A stretch of 52,962 nt of DNA from positions 1 through 52,962 of the IMG/VR virus record IMGVR_UViG_3300009154_000076; one strand, 5' to 3'. Position numbers and translations under genes: made by a program. This DNA comes from a virus (taxonomy: Duplodnaviria > Caudoviricetes). Below the pieces are notes generated by a model, which had not been told where the DNA came from, did no database searches, and saw nothing but the letters and a program-made list of their open reading frames with translations. Shown in pieces: positions 37,401 to 46,453 of the stretch (positions within the stretch are counted from its first letter, which is position 1; each line of letters opens with the position of its first letter).

Positions 37401-39958
37401 CTGGTTCTCATGGTGACTTGGGTTATACAGGATCATATGGGGACCAAGGTTATACAGGTTCTCAAGGAGCTCAAGGTTATACTGGTTCCCATGGAGACTT
37501 GGGTTATACCGGTTCATATGGAGATCAAGGTTATACAGGTTCTCAAGGAATCCAAGGTTATACTGGATCAGCAGGGTCTCAGGGACCAGCTGGTGCGGAT
37601 GGAACCAGTATACGTATAATTGGCACTGTAGAGAATGCCGCAGAATTATCATCGTACAATACAACCACGCTATTAATTGGTGATAGTCTAATTCAAGAAG
37701 ATACTGGCCATATGCAAGTATGGAACGGTGGCTCTTTTAATAATATTGGTCAATTAAAAGGTGATCGTGGATACACCGGATCTATTGGAATTCAGGGATA
37801 CTCAGGATCCCATGGAGATTTAGGTTATACCGGTTCATTTGGATTAATTGGTTATTCTGGATCTGCTGGACTTCAAGGATTCACCGGTTCATTTGGTATC
37901 ACCGGATATGCCGGCTCAGTTGGTGACCAAGGCTATACAGGATCATATGGAGACCAAGGTTATGCCGGATCTCGTGGAGATTTTGGTTTTACTGGTTCCT
38001 TGGGTGGTCAAGGATTTACCGGATCTCATGGTGACTTGGGTTATACCGGGTCATATGGAGATCAAGGATTTACTGGTTCCTTGGGTGGTCAAGGATTTAC
38101 CGGATCTCATGGTGACTTGGGTTATGCCGGGTCATATGGAGATCAAGGATTTACTGGATCATTTGGTGGAACTGGATATACTGGATCTTTTGGCCTACAA
38201 GGATATACCGGATCACTGGGATTACAAGGATTTTCCGGTTCTGTTGGAAATCAAGGTTATAATGGATCAGTTGGTTATACCGGGTCAGCTGGAGCTGATG
38301 GCTATAATGTAAAAGTTATCGGAACCGTTCCAAATAATACTGGTTTGATCAGTTACAATACCACTAATTTATCAATTGGCGACGGTCTAATACAAGAAGA
38401 CAATGGACATTTCCAAGTATGGAATGGCACATCTTTCAATGATGTGGGTCAAATAAAAGGTGACATTGGATATACTGGATCGATAGGGGTCTTGGGTTAT
38501 TCTGGATCGATTGGTGGACTTGGATTTACTGGTTCGGTTGGTCCTATAGGATATACCGGATCTATTGGAGATCAAGGTTATACTGGATCACTTGGTGGTC
38601 TTGGATATACTGGATCGGCCGGAACTAGCGTAAACATTGTTGGCAGCGTGCCAAACGCCGCAAGTCTGTTAGCTTATGACACATCAGATTTCTTGAAAGG
38701 TAACAGTCTCATACAAGAAGACACCGGACATCTTCAATGGTGGAACGGACTTTCATTTACTGATGTTGGTCAGATAAAAGGTGATATTGGCTATACTGGA
38801 TCTCTTGGTGGAACTGGATATACTGGATCATTTGGGTCTATTGGATATACCGGTTCACAAGGTTATACAGGGTCACTAGGGGATCAGGGATATACTGGTT
38901 CGTTTGGTAACCAAGGTTATTCTGGATCGTATGGAGATCAAGGCTACACTGGATCCGTTGGCGTTCAAGGTTATACTGGATCACTTGGTGGAACCGGGTA
39001 TACTGGATCTCATGGTGACTTAGGTTATACCGGTTCATCTGGAGATAGAGGACCAGCTGGTGGATCCGGAACAAGTTTAAGCATTGTTGGGTCAGTAGCA
39101 GATGCTGCAGGATTGGCAGCTTACGATTCAACCACATTGGGGGTTGGTGATTGCCTGATTCAAGAAGATACCGGACATTTACAGTTTTGGAATGGCAGTG
39201 CATTTAATGACGTTGGCAAAATAAGAGGCGATTTAGGATATACCGGTTCATATGGGGATCAAGGTTATACTGGATCACTTGGTGGAACTGGATATACTGG
39301 ATCATTCTCAGGAACAACATCATTACCGTTAATCACCACCAACACCACCACATCCACCTCGACTACAACTGGTGCACTCGTTGTGGCCGGAGGTGCTGCG
39401 ATTGGTGGAGATATTTACATTGACGGAAGCGCATATGTCAACGGCATCATTGTAATTAACGGATCTTACTCATCCACTACTTCGACTCATTATACATTTG
39501 ATCAGAGTCTAAACACCACTGATTTAGTTACATTTGCTGGACTTTCGGTGCATGGTAATATTACCGCAACTGGCGATATTACTGCACATTTCTCTGATCA
39601 ACGTTTGAAAAATATACTGGGAACCATCGCCAATCCATTAGAAAAAATAATGGCAATAGACGGTATATATTACGAATCAAATCAGGTAGCTCGGTCCCTG
39701 GGCATTAATGATACTGAAAAAGTACGTGTTGGTGTAATAGCCCAACAAATTCAAAAAGTATTACCAGAGGTCGTTAAATCAGCACCAATTGATCGTGCCA
39801 CGGATGAAAATGGTCAAGAATATTCAAAATCTGGAGAAAATTACCTCACAGTTCAATATGATTTATTGGTGCCTTTGTTAATCGAAGCTATCAAAGAACA
39901 GCAGGGAATGATTACCCAATTATCCGATGCTATAAATAGATTGACAAATAAAGAATAA
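31478..39958 (+). CDS. Giant collagen-like tail fibre with C-terminal intramolecular chaperone (peptidase S74-like)
   Basis: Extensive GYTGSxGDQ repeats; 14 interspersed globular modules; 'FSDQRLKN...GVIAQQIQKVLPEVV...[14 protein letters not shown]'. Confidence 0.85.
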   Translation: MTTISNLPSLNNLTSDTASSILIPAEDTTSNPSVARKITVAQIASLSSGFTGSAGDRGGLGFSGSRGPAGFNGSIGGLGYTGSAGKDGASITVKGQVASFVNLPASGNNFGDAYIAADTLFLWVYTNSSVSGTFNGFINAGPIAQGSPGRPGIDGPQGYTGSVGPKGDTGSSGEQGYTGSIGAQGPQGALGFTGSSGAGSLGFTGSIGKIGFTGSLGGTGFTGSFGFQGSLGYTGSVGDIGYTGSIGGTGFTGSGGLGYTGSVGFGFTGSIGGLGYTGSIGPSGPAGTSVRVVGSVADNASLLSFAAGGLNLGDGVIQEDTGHLQVWDGSQFVDVGQIKGDIGFTGSIGGTGYTGSTGAAGTSISIVGSVADSQGLAAFNTAILVAGNGIFQQDTGDLHLWNGSSFDNVGRVRGDLGYSGSIGGLGYSGSVGSLGYTGSIGASLTIVGSVADSASLLFLNTNIFSAGNAVIQQDNGHLQVWNGRSFTDVGQIKGNLGYTGSQGDQGITGFTGSFGDQGFTGSAGSNGTSVHIIGTVIDNVDLLLINTSILSIGDSFIQQDTGHLQIWNGSSFNNVGQIRGDIGYTGSFGDQGYTGSRGDTGFTGSYGDLGYTGSFGLRGFAGSQGDQGFAGSRGDLGYTGSYGDQGYTGSIGNQGYFGSRGDQGYTGSQGDQGFTGSVGAQGFTGSQGDQGYTGSFGDQGYAGSFGEQGYTGSLGGQGFTGSHGDLGYTGSFGSQGFTGSFGNQGYTGSAGTSLSIVGTVPNTVSLSLFDTSGLSIGNGLIQQDTGHLQVWNGVSFDDFGQIKGDNGYTGSAGLQGFTGSTGPRGLAGVFGEQGYTGSYGDQGYTGSLGGQGFTGSQGDQGYTGSFGDRGYTGSIGITGYVGSIGPQGPAGVNGTSIQIIGRVLNSAGLASYNTVGLPIGDGLIQEDTGHLHIWNGTSFNDVGQIRGDRGYDGSIGIQGYTGSFGDQGYTGSFGIQGYTGSQGVQGYTGSQGDQGYTGSHGDLGYTGSYGDQGYTGSFGSQGYTGSHGDLGYTGSYGDQGYTGSFGDQGYTGSYGDQGYTGSHGDLGYTGSFGNQGFTGSFGDQGYTGSQGDQGYTGSFGDQGYTGSQGDQGYTGSHGNVGYTGSFGIQGFTGSLGAQGFTGSLGAQGYTGSFGDQGYTGSLGDQGYAGSVGPQGPTGRDGTSVRIIGTIPDNAGLLSYNTAGLLIGDGLIQEDTGHFQVWNGGSFNDIGQIKGNLGYTGSIGIQGYSGSIGAQGYTGSFGEQGYTGSIGIQGYSGSIGEQGYTGSVGEQGYTGSVGIQGFTGSLGDQGYTGSHGDLGYTGSHGDFGYTGSYGDQGYTGSYGDQGYTGSFGEQGFTGSFGDQGYTGSFGLQGYTGSHGDFGYTGSYGDQGYTGSYGDQGYTGSHGDLGYTGSYGDQGYTGSQGDHGYTGSHGDFGYTGSQGDQGYTGSQGIQGYTGSVGSQGPAGADGTSIRIIGTVQDAVELSSYITTNLLIGDSLIQEDTGHMQVWNGGSFNNIGQLKGDRGYTGSIGIQGYDGSLGDQGYTGSFGEQGYTGSLGNQGYAGSLGAQGYTGSVGDQGYTGSVGDQGYTGSVGDQGYTGSRGDFGYTGSYGDQGYTGSFGITGYDGSRGDQGFTGSYGDQGYTGSHGDFGYTGSYGDQGYTGSHGDLGYTGSYGDQGYTGSYGDQGYTGSHGDLGYTGSFGIQGFTGSHGDFGYTGSHGDLGYTGSYGDQGYTGSFGDQGYTGSVGSQGPAGADGTSIRIIRTVQDAVELSSYNTAGLLIGDSLIQEDTGHLLVWNGGSFNNIGQLKGDRGYTGSIGIQGYSGSIGDQGYTGSFGVQGFTGSQGDHGYTGSLGIQGYTGSFGDQGYTGSVGIQGYDGSLGDQGYTGSHGDFGYTGSYGDQGYTGSFGITGYDGSQGDQGYTGSFGAQGYTGSHGDFGYTGSFGIQGYTGSHGDLGYTGSQGDQGYDGSQGIQGFTGSHGDLGYTGSYGDQGYTGSQGAQGYTGSHGDLGYTGSYGDQGYTGSQGIQGYTGSAGSQGPAGADGTSIRIIGTVENAAELSSYNTTTLLIGDSLIQEDTGHMQVWNGGSFNNIGQLKGDRGYTGSIGIQGYSGSHGDLGYTGSFGLIGYSGSAGLQGFTGSFGITGYAGSVGDQGYTGSYGDQGYAGSRGDFGFTGSLGGQGFTGSHGDLGYTGSYGDQGFTGSLGGQGFTGSHGDLGYAGSYGDQGFTGSFGGTGYTGSFGLQGYTGSLGLQGFSGSVGNQGYNGSVGYTGSAGADGYNVKVIGTVPNNTGLISYNTTNLSIGDGLIQEDNGHFQVWNGTSFNDVGQIKGDIGYTGSIGVLGYSGSIGGLGFTGSVGPIGYTGSIGDQGYTGSLGGLGYTGSAGTSVNIVGSVPNAASLLAYDTSDFLKGNSLIQEDTGHLQWWNGLSFTDVGQIKGDIGYTGSLGGTGYTGSFGSIGYTGSQGYTGSLGDQGYTGSFGNQGYSGSYGDQGYTGSVGVQGYTGSLGGTGYTGSHGDLGYTGSSGDRGPAGGSGTSLSIVGSVADAAGLAAYDSTTLGVGDCLIQEDTGHLQFWNGSAFNDVGKIRGDLGYTGSYGDQGYTGSLGGTGYTGSFSGTTSLPLITTNTTTSTSTTTGALVVAGGAAIGGDIYIDGSAYVNGIIVINGSYSSTTSTHYTFDQSLNTTDLVTFAGLSVHGNITATGDITAHFSDQRLKNILGTIANPLEKIMAIDGIYYESNQVARSLGINDTEKVRVGVIAQQIQKVLPEVVKSAPIDRATDENGQEYSKSGENYLTVQYDLLVPLLIEAIKEQQGMITQLSDAINRLTNKE
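34157..37600 (+). repeat. Four higher-order 861-bp units built from 27-bp subrepeats
   Basis: Module starts (GGA ACn AGy) at 34157, 35018, 35879, 36740 and 37601. Confidence 0.85.
39931..39938 (+). promoter_or_regulatory. T4-like late promoter
   Basis: TATAAATA 25 nt upstream of ATG 39964. Confidence 0.55.
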
Positions 39959-39963
39959 TAACC

Positions 39964-41616
39964 ATGACTGTAACTTTTAATAATTTACCCACATTACTGA
40001 ATCCAACTTCAGCAGAGACTTTATTCTTGGTTGCGGACAAGGGAACTCAACAAACATTAACAGTATCACAGGTTGCCCAACTCACTTCTGTAAAAGGAGA
40101 TACTGGAGCACAGGGTCCACAAGGTTATTCCGGTTCATTTGGATTTACTGGTAGTGTTGGATATACTGGATCCATAGGCGCACAAGGACCACAAGGAGTT
40201 ACTGGACCAATTGGGTTTACTGGAAGCCGCGGGTTCACTGGATCCATAGGCGCACAAGGGCCACAGGGTTATACTGGATCACTTGGCTTTACTGGAAGCC
40301 GCGGATTTACCGGATCAGCCGGTCTATCTGGATTTACTGGTTCGATTGGCACCACCGGAAACGTTGGGCCAACAGGACCAATTGGATTTGCAGGATCTTC
40401 TGGTGCCGCTGCTGCTCGTGGGTTTAATGGTTCCGCTGGTTACGCTGGAAGCTTGGGATTTACCGGAAGCGCGGGATTTTCTGGAAGCGCGGGATTTGCC
40501 GGTAGTGTAGGTGCGCAAGGACCTGTTGGAAATATTGGTTTTACTGGAAGTATTGGCGCGGCTAGTGCTATTGGATTTACCGGATCCATTGGATTTACCG
40601 GATCTAGAGGAGTTGGATTCGTTGGATCTATTGGGCAGAAAGGTGACATTGGGCCGCAAGGGCCACAGGGATTCAGTGGAAGTTTCGGATTCACTGGATC
40701 AATTGGTGCCCAAGGTCCACAGGGATTCTCCGGTTCAAAGGGATTTACTGGATCAATAGGTGCACAGGGACCACAGGGTATTAATGGGTTTAATGGAAGT
40801 ATTGGGCCACAGGGACCGCAAGGACCTCAAGGGCCGCAAGGGTTTACTGGAAGTACTGGACCTGCCGGAACCTCAGTTAGAATTATTGGATCCACGAGTA
40901 CCGCTTCAGTGCTAGCATTTTCTAACTTTGACCCATCTCCGGCATTGGGAGATGGCATACTTACTGCTGACACCGGGCATCTATGGGTTTTTTCAAATGC
41001 ATCAGTGGGAGGAGTCAATGGATTTGTTGATGTAGGTAATATCGCTGGACCACAGGGAGCAAGAGGACCTCAGGGATTAATTGGACCACAAGGGCCACAA
41101 GGTATATTTGGATTTACTGGATCATTTGGACCGCAAGGACCACAGGGCGTGGTCGGTGCCACCGGAAGCGTTGGTCCACAGGGCCCAACTGGTCCATCAG
41201 CTGGTTCTGCTAATCAAGTTTTATATAAAAATTCATCTAATGTTATTAGTGGCACTAATAATTTCACCTTTGATGGCACGAATTTATCCGTGGCCGGAGA
41301 TATCACTGCTTTTGCATCAGATGATAGACTAAAAAATAAATTAGGAATTATAGAAAATTCATTAGAAAAAGTTAACAAATTAACCGGATTTTATTACGAA
41401 TTTAATGAAATTGCTCAAGGATTTGGACTTTCTTCTAAAAGAGAGGTTGGGGTCTCTGCGCAACAAGTACAGTCAGTATTGCCAGAAGTGGTGTCACCGG
41501 CCCCAGTTGATCCCCAATATTTAACGGTCAACTATGAAAAAATTATTCCATTATTAATAGAAGCAATCAAAGAATTGTCGGTTGAGTTAAGTTATATCAA
41601 GGATAAGATACAATAA
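39964..41616 (+). CDS. Collagen-like tail fibre with S74-like chaperone
   Basis: Gly-X-Y runs, one globular module and 'ASDDRLKN...[15 protein letters not shown]...[15 protein letters not shown]'. Confidence 0.85.
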   Translation: MTVTFNNLPTLLNPTSAETLFLVADKGTQQTLTVSQVAQLTSVKGDTGAQGPQGYSGSFGFTGSVGYTGSIGAQGPQGVTGPIGFTGSRGFTGSIGAQGPQGYTGSLGFTGSRGFTGSAGLSGFTGSIGTTGNVGPTGPIGFAGSSGAAAARGFNGSAGYAGSLGFTGSAGFSGSAGFAGSVGAQGPVGNIGFTGSIGAASAIGFTGSIGFTGSRGVGFVGSIGQKGDIGPQGPQGFSGSFGFTGSIGAQGPQGFSGSKGFTGSIGAQGPQGINGFNGSIGPQGPQGPQGPQGFTGSTGPAGTSVRIIGSTSTASVLAFSNFDPSPALGDGILTADTGHLWVFSNASVGGVNGFVDVGNIAGPQGARGPQGLIGPQGPQGIFGFTGSFGPQGPQGVVGATGSVGPQGPTGPSAGSANQVLYKNSSNVISGTNNFTFDGTNLSVAGDITAFASDDRLKNKLGIIENSLEKVNKLTGFYYEFNEIAQGFGLSSKREVGVSAQQVQSVLPEVVSPAPVDPQYLTVNYEKIIPLLIEAIKELSVELSYIKDKIQ

Positions 41617-41617
41617 T

Positions 41618-42631
41618 ATGTCATATACCATTTTAAACACTGATGGAAGTACACTGTTATTACTGGCAGATGGAACTGTGGACAGTGAAGCCACCAGCCT
41701 TGATTTAGTTGGACGCAACGTAACTCCATATGGGCAATATCTCAATAATAACCTAGTAAAGATGTTGGCCAATAGTGCCAGTACTGCTGGAAGTCCACCT
41801 AGGAGCCCATTGACTGGGCAAATTTGGTATGACACCACGTCTAAAAGATTAAAAGTTTACGACGGAACCTTTACCACAGTTAGTGGCGCAATCGTATCAG
41901 CAACTCAGCCAGATACGTTAATTGAAGGGGATTTGTGGTTTGATACCACCAATAAGCAAATAAATGTCTATGATGGAACCAACACACTTGTGATCGGTCC
42001 AGCAACTCCAAGCACACTTGGAGAAATTGGATGGGTATTGCCTACAAATCCCATTCATGATATCAATAATAATACTCAAAATGTTATTTTATTAAAAAGC
42101 TATGGTAAATTCATAGGAATTGCATCCTCGCAGGCATTTAATATGTCCAGTTCGGATAGTACTAATTATTTTAATACTTCTACTATGAAAGTGGTATCAG
42201 GGTTGACAGTCTTGGGAGATATTTCAAATACTGGACAAAATTCAAACAAGTACTTTTCGGTGTCCATTGACATGGATCGTATCAATCTCAATAGTGACCC
42301 AACATATAACAATGATGTAACTTCAAAAGATGGTTATGTGCAACAAAACTCTTACATCAGTACAATCCTTGGAGTTATGTTCCCATTAACCGCCAGCACA
42401 TCAACATATGATGTTGGAGTTCCAATCGGATCTGAAGCCAGAGTTTTATGCACGTATACTCGTGCCATGGGCAGATCAAATTTAGGTACACAATTCCGCA
42501 GATTCAAAGCCACACAAATTACACCAACAATAGCAAATTGGACACCGTATGAAGTTTATTCATACCGCGCTGCTCCATATGGAACGTTTACTAATATGGT
42601 AAACGTAATTCCGTTGTCTAATTTAGCATAA
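41618..42631 (+). CDS. Tail/baseplate-associated structural protein
   Basis: 'Y.I.NTDG...L.LVG.N...YG', 'P..GQIWYD' and 'GDLWFD'; N-terminus paralogous to the next two genes. Confidence 0.65.
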   Translation: MSYTILNTDGSTLLLLADGTVDSEATSLDLVGRNVTPYGQYLNNNLVKMLANSASTAGSPPRSPLTGQIWYDTTSKRLKVYDGTFTTVSGAIVSATQPDTLIEGDLWFDTTNKQINVYDGTNTLVIGPATPSTLGEIGWVLPTNPIHDINNNTQNVILLKSYGKFIGIASSQAFNMSSSDSTNYFNTSTMKVVSGLTVLGDISNTGQNSNKYFSVSIDMDRINLNSDPTYNNDVTSKDGYVQQNSYISTILGVMFPLTASTSTYDVGVPIGSEARVLCTYTRAMGRSNLGTQFRRFKATQITPTIANWTPYEVYSYRAAPYGTFTNMVNVIPLSNLA

Positions 42632-42649
42632 TGACGAGAGAAATAACCC

Positions 42650-43873
42650 ATGACATACGAATTAAATAAAAGCGATGGAACATTACTCTTAGAGCTGGCA
42701 GATGGTGCCACTGACAAGTCATTTTCTAATATAACATTTATTGGAAAAAATGTAGTTAATTATGGTGCATCTCAAAACGAGAATTTTCTATACCTTCTAG
42801 AGAATTTTGCCAACACACAAGCCCCATCAAATCCATTGATTGGACAACTCTGGTTTGACGAAGGCACTAAACGCCTAAAAGTCAATGATGGTTCTCTATG
42901 GAACCAGATGCCCTCTATCGTTTATAGTAATACTGCAACCAATCAAATGCCAGGTGACCTTTGGTTTAATACGGACACTAGACAGCTTTCAATAAAAACA
43001 GTGTCTTCGTATACTTTGATCGGCCCAAACTCAGCTGCAACCACGGCACAACGACTACTCAAGCCAGCCCATATTAATGGAGTTTCTTTTGATGGCTCGG
43101 CTGATATTACATTATCAGCATCGGCGCCACATTTTCTAATCGCCGGAAATTCATTATCTGGACAGCCATTTAATGGATCTACCAATGTCACTTGGTCCGT
43201 ATACTCTGAGTCAGAAAATGTACCAAACACCATTATATCCAGAGATGCAAATGGTGATTTTAGTGCTAGGAATATTAATGTAACTACCGTTAATGCGACT
43301 ACTGTTAATGCAAACGCTTCTTCTGCTTCAAAATGGAATGCCCCTATAAATGTCTCCTTGGCCGGTGCAATATCTGGTACTGTTACAGTAGACGGAACAA
43401 CCGATGTAACAATTCAAACTAGAAACACGGGCATCGTTATACCAAATAGTATTCCGCCGGGCGGAATAATTATGTGGTCTGGATCTGCTGATGTAGTACC
43501 ATCTGGATGGGTATTATGCGATGGAACCAATGGGACCCCAGACTTACGTGATAGGTTTGTGATCGGTGCCGGAAATCGTTATCCAGTTCATACTATTGGC
43601 GGTAACAAAGACGCCATCGTACCAGCACATAGCCACAGTGCTAATAGTGTTGTCAACGACCCAGGTCATACTCATACATATCAAACTGCCACGGCAACAG
43701 CTCCCCAGTCTGGGCGTGATACGCAATGTTATTTTAGTTCACTTAACTCATTGGTTACGGGAAGATCAACGACGGGAATTACTGTCAATACCACGGTCAA
43801 TAGTGCTGGGGTCAGTGTAAATGATGCCAATTTGCCACCATTTTTAGCATTGTGCTATATTATGAAACTATAA
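42650..43873 (+). CDS. Tail fibre protein with phage tail-collar domain
   Basis: 'IPPGGIIMWSG...PSGWVLCDGTNGTPDLRDRFVIGAG...NLPPFLALCYIMK'. Confidence 0.8.
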   Translation: MTYELNKSDGTLLLELADGATDKSFSNITFIGKNVVNYGASQNENFLYLLENFANTQAPSNPLIGQLWFDEGTKRLKVNDGSLWNQMPSIVYSNTATNQMPGDLWFNTDTRQLSIKTVSSYTLIGPNSAATTAQRLLKPAHINGVSFDGSADITLSASAPHFLIAGNSLSGQPFNGSTNVTWSVYSESENVPNTIISRDANGDFSARNINVTTVNATTVNANASSASKWNAPINVSLAGAISGTVTVDGTTDVTIQTRNTGIVIPNSIPPGGIIMWSGSADVVPSGWVLCDGTNGTPDLRDRFVIGAGNRYPVHTIGGNKDAIVPAHSHSANSVVNDPGHTHTYQTATATAPQSGRDTQCYFSSLNSLVTGRSTTGITVNTTVNSAGVSVNDANLPPFLALCYIMKL

Positions 43874-43883
43874 AAAGAAAATT

Positions 43884-45077
43884 ATGCCATACATTTTAAA
43901 AAAAACCGATGGAAATACCTTAGTCACAGTAGATGATGCATCTATAGATTCCAGTACCAGCTTGTCATTTGTTGGCAAGAATTACTCTGGTTATGGGTTT
44001 GCAGTCAATGAAAACTTTTTAAAATTATTAGAAAATTCTTCATACACCAGTGCACCATCAAATCCAATTCAGGGACAACTGTGGTTCAACAATAACAAAG
44101 ATACTCGCAGATTGCAAGTTTGTTACGATGGTTCATCCTTCAAGGGTATTGCTAACATACAAATAGGATCCACTCACCCATCATCCAATTCCGTCACCGA
44201 AGGCGACCTATGGTGGGACAGCGGCAATGGAATATTAAATGTTTTTAATTCTTCTCTGGCAGCAGTGCCTATTGGTCCACAAAATTCAGGAAGATCAAGC
44301 TGGGTATCTGTAGAAGAGCCTCTTCCTTTTTCTGACTTTACCAATCCTGTACTTGAAGCAAATATAGGCAATGATCCAATAGTTGCTATTTCTCTACAAT
44401 CATTTACTCCACAAAATAAACCAAATTTTCCGTTTATACAGCAGGGAATAACCTTGGCTGGCTGTGATATTAATGGATCATCGGCCGATTCCGGATATTA
44501 CTTTTGGGGTACAGCATCAGATGCTCTAACATCAGATACAGCATCCACAGTGTCGGTGGCCAGTACCACAACCGGAGTATATTCAGTAATTTTATCTGGT
44601 TCTGGATCAGGAAACAAAAAATTAAATTCTGATGGGTCCGGAAGCCCTCTGTCATACAATGTAGACACTGGTGTACTCAAAGCCATAGCGTCAGCAGCAT
44701 TATATGCGGATCTGGCAGAAAGATATGCTGCTGACGCAGTGTATCCAGTTGGCACCGTGGTTGTTATCGGAGGGGAGCATGAGATAACCACAACAACTAT
44801 TCATGCGGATACTGCCATAGCGGGTGTTATATCTAAAGATCCAGCATATCGAATGAACTCCGATGCGGGAACCGATGAAACTCATCCATATGTTGCACTA
44901 CGCGGAAGAGTACCATGCCAAGTGGTTGGACCAATCAAAAAGGGAGATATGCTAGTTGCCAGTAATTCACCCGGATTTGCAACCTCATACCGAACTGGTG
45001 ATGATCCCAACGCAGTATTTGCACGTGCACTTGAAAACTTTGATGGATTTTTGGGTATTATCGAAATTTTAGTTTAA
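43884..45077 (+). CDS. Tail-associated protein with C-terminal autocleaving chaperone-like domain
   Basis: 'ALYADLAERY...GTVV...AGVIS..PAY.MN...VALRGRVPC.V.G.IKKGD.LV'. Confidence 0.7.
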   Translation: MPYILKKTDGNTLVTVDDASIDSSTSLSFVGKNYSGYGFAVNENFLKLLENSSYTSAPSNPIQGQLWFNNNKDTRRLQVCYDGSSFKGIANIQIGSTHPSSNSVTEGDLWWDSGNGILNVFNSSLAAVPIGPQNSGRSSWVSVEEPLPFSDFTNPVLEANIGNDPIVAISLQSFTPQNKPNFPFIQQGITLAGCDINGSSADSGYYFWGTASDALTSDTASTVSVASTTTGVYSVILSGSGSGNKKLNSDGSGSPLSYNVDTGVLKAIASAALYADLAERYAADAVYPVGTVVVIGGEHEITTTTIHADTAIAGVISKDPAYRMNSDAGTDETHPYVALRGRVPCQVVGPIKKGDMLVASNSPGFATSYRTGDDPNAVFARALENFDGFLGIIEILV

Positions 45078-45973
45078 ACCGCCATTTTCATAATAATAGC
45101 GGGATGATGTTGATAATCAATTAACTTGGCACTGTCCATGGTAAAATCTGTGATGCTTTTAATTTCCGGATCTAACCATAATGTTGGTGCTGGATATGGC
45201 TTTTTAGTCAGCTGAATTTTCAAATGTTCGATTTGATCTTGGTAGATATGTGCATCACCAAAACTCATGATCAGATCACCCACCGTTAATTCACAAACCT
45301 GAGCGATCATGTGCGTCAATAATGCATATGATGCAATATTATATGGAACACCCAATCCTAAATCAGCGGATCGTTGATACATATGGCAACTTAATTTATT
45401 GTCAGTACTAACATAAAATTGACACATCATATGACATGGTGGCAATGCCATCAAATCAATCTCACCCGGGTTGTAGCTCATCAAAATGTGACGACGACTA
45501 TATGGATCGGTTTTTATACCATCAATCAATTCTAATAACTGATCATGGTTTTGCAACACAACTTTATTGACACGAATAAGTGGTTTACGCCACCGACGCC
45601 ATTGCACGCCGTAAATCCTGCCTAGATCACCTGGATGACGCTGTTGCCTGCGTTTGGTCCAATACTCTGCTTGAGAATTTTCTGTCCAAATAGTGGTCTT
45701 TTCACTATATCGATCACCGTGTAAAATTTCCCTCAACCGATATTCATCTCCACTGCCTTCTATCATCCAAAGAAGTTCACTTAGCATAGAACGCCATGCC
45801 AATTTTTTAGTGGTAACTGCTGGGAATCCCTGTGATAAATCAAACTTGAGTTGTGGGCCAAAAATACTCTTGGTTCCAACTCCAGTGCGATCTGGTCTAT
45901 CTTGACCATTTTTCAAGACTTCACTTAGTAAGTCTAAGTACGCCTGTTCTGGATGATTATGATTATTTTTCAA
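45074..45973 (-). CDS. thyA: Thymidylate synthase
   Basis: 'DRTGVGT', 'TTKKL', 'MALPPCH', 'YQRSAD.GLGVPYNIASY' and 'GDAHIY'. Confidence 0.95.
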   Translation of the reverse strand: MKNNHNHPEQAYLDLLSEVLKNGQDRPDRTGVGTKSIFGPQLKFDLSQGFPAVTTKKLAWRSMLSELLWMIEGSGDEYRLREILHGDRYSEKTTIWTENSQAEYWTKRRQQRHPGDLGRIYGVQWRRWRKPLIRVNKVVLQNHDQLLELIDGIKTDPYSRRHILMSYNPGEIDLMALPPCHMMCQFYVSTDNKLSCHMYQRSADLGLGVPYNIASYALLTHMIAQVCELTVGDLIMSFGDAHIYQDQIEHLKIQLTKKPYPAPTLWLDPEIKSITDFTMDSAKLIDYQHHPAIIMKMAV

Positions 45974-46452
45974 TTCGAATACTCTGTTATTGTATATGGC
46001 ACCGGATCGGTATATCTATGATGTTCCTGCACTCTTTGGTAATTCTGCTGGACATAATCTAAATTAAAAAATCGATCACATTGATAATCTTGATCAATTT
46101 CCGTAATATAACATTTATCAGCCAACATTATGGTGCTATCATATAGCTGTTGTCCGCCAATAATATATATTTCAGATTCTGGGTACAACTTTTTGCATTC
46201 TTGAATTGCTTGAATAGGTGAAGTAAATGAATGGTCTGCATCGGACCAAGATTTTTTACTAACAACCACGTTGACTCTATCTGGAAGTTTACAGCAGGAA
46301 ATACTCTCCCATGTAACTGAACCCATGATAATAACATTGTTTTTGGTCAAATTCCTAAACCATTTCATGTCATTGTCAAGATGAGGCCATGGTATAGACC
46401 CATTCCGGCCTATACCATGTCTCTTATCTACTGCAACTACTATACTGATCAT
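45970..46452 (-). CDS. folA: Dihydrofolate reductase
   Basis: 'GIGRNGSIPW...DMKWF', 'IMG..TWES', 'LPDRVNVV', 'IIGG.QLY' and 'CDRFF'. Confidence 0.9.
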   Translation of the reverse strand: MISIVVAVDKRHGIGRNGSIPWPHLDNDMKWFRNLTKNNVIIMGSVTWESISCCKLPDRVNVVVSKKSWSDADHSFTSPIQAIQECKKLYPESEIYIIGGQQLYDSTIMLADKCYITEIDQDYQCDRFFNLDYVQQNYQRVQEHHRYTDPVPYTITEYSN

Positions 46453-46453
46453 T

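Noticed and set aside
31900-39300. 27-bp periodic repeats as a CRISPR array or non-coding satellite
   Set aside because: They lie in one open frame, vary at third codon positions, encode Gly-X-Y and have no unique spacers.
32190-41332. Many alternative-frame and antisense ORFs within the collagen genes
   Set aside because: Shadow ORFs caused by repetitive codon structure; no RBS or recognisable domain.
41618-45077. Diversity-generating retroelement targeting the tail fibres
   Set aside because: No reverse transcriptase and no template/variable repeat pair is visible in this window.
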